From Candidatus Bathyarchaeota archaeon (lineage in GTDB: Archaea; Thermoproteota; Bathyarchaeia; Bathyarchaeales; Bathyarchaeaceae), in the NCBI GenBank assembly GCA_050115935.1, contig JASFPO010000001.1:1-54488 (forward strand): a stretch of DNA of 54,488 nucleotides, written 5' to 3'. Numbering within the stretch: the first letter of the stretch is position 1; each line of letters opens with the position of its first letter. The translations under genes and the position numbers were made by a program. A model generated the notes under the pieces. It was given only the letters and a program-made list of their open reading frames with translations, made no database searches and was not told the DNA's origin. Of this stretch, positions 53,931 to 54,488 are shown piece by piece.

Positions 53931-54488
53931 TTCTTAATCCCTCCGAATTCGTTCGCATATCCTTCAAGAATGAAAAAATCAGTTCCAGTATTCTGGGATC
54001 GGTTCTGTCGGAAATATCCATCTTGATTTCGATTCTAATCGGCCATGAGTTGATGGGAACAGAAATACGTTTGGCTCCTCTGTTCATCGTGCGCGCTGAT
54101 GTTACAACTGGAGGTTGGTTTGTTGGGGGTCTTGTGTCAAATGTACCACGTTCTTTGTGTTTGAAGTCAATTGGAGATAAGTAATCGTTCTGATACTCAA
54201 TAAGACCTTTTTCCGCGAAAAGCTCACATAACCTGGAGATTCGACTTCTGGCCACGGAGAGATCCCATTTGGCGTGTGCCTTTCTTTTAAGGAATGAGCC
54301 AAAATCTCTTACTGTCCACAGTCCGTCGGCCTGACTCGAGAAGTACTTTTCAAAGATCTTGAATAGTTTATGACGCTCCAGCAACTCTTTCCAAGCAAGG
54401 TTGGCTTCTTCCCAACGTTCCTGCGCTAGATATTTTCCAATTTTCTTTCCCAGACGGGTTGGCTTGTAGCCCTTGTGAAGCCTCTTTA
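53917..54488 (-). CDS. Hypothetical protein, 5'-truncated by the window edge (possible winged-helix region)
   Basis: The reading frame stays open from 54384 to the window end (my translation: ...KRLHKGYKPTRLGKKIGKYLAQERWEEANLAWKELLERHKLF...). The TTG at 54384 is only the ORF-finder start. Confidence 0.5.
   Translation of the reverse strand, partial: KRLHKGYKPTRLGKKIGKYLAQERWEEANLAWKELLERHKLFKIFEKYFSSQADGLWTVRDFGSFLKRKAHAKWDLSVARSRISRLCELFAEKGLIEYQNDYLSPIDFKHKERGTFDTRPPTNQPPVVTSARTMNRGAKRISVPINSWPIRIEIKMDISDRTDPRILELIFSFLKDMRTNSEGLRIDVA

Overview
This is an archaeal chromosomal segment. It is densely packed with information-processing genes: PriL, PCNA, TFS, Rpo11/L, Rpo4/F, Csl4, Dph2, uL16, eL21, eL38, Pus10, SRP54, KsgA, ArcTGT, deoxyhypusine synthase, an Sm-like protein and two PAC2 proteasome-chaperone paralogs. 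The eL38 gene and the overall gene set suggest a TACK-type lineage (Thermoproteota or Bathyarchaeia-like), but that is inference only. Central-metabolism genes include PEP synthase, a 5S carboxyltransferase with a separate biotin carrier, the methylmalonyl-CoA mutase large subunit, a PfkB kinase and PGI/PMI. There is also a PadR-controlled ArsM / ferredoxin / TusA / DsrE / NifS / IscU / TRASH cluster, a TldD/PmbA pair and two tRNAs (Val-GAC, Ala-GGC). I found no rRNA, CRISPR array, transposase or integrase.

The most unusual locus is a minus-strand operon at about 26.7-30.5 kb. It encodes a small ORF, a legumain-like (peptidase C13) protein with a K/E/W-rich tandem-repeat tail, and two translationally coupled ATP-grasp paralogs, one canonical and one degenerate. 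The small ORF and the C13 tail share a PFxxFxI...GE motif that recalls the microviridin leader. I interpret this as a candidate archaeal graspetide-like peptide or protein cross-linking system.

Secondary points of interest:
- a tRNA-Ala-adjacent operon with a GHKL-type ATPase, cut by the window edge
- a p24/GOLD-like membrane protein
- a frameshifted 5' end of priL
- alternating (GC)n runs placed just after stop codons
- a perfect 29-bp direct repeat bracketing a nucleotidyltransferase gene next to a NUDIX gene
- an unlisted 52-aa TRASH ORF

All functional calls come from motif recognition by eye. No database search was run.
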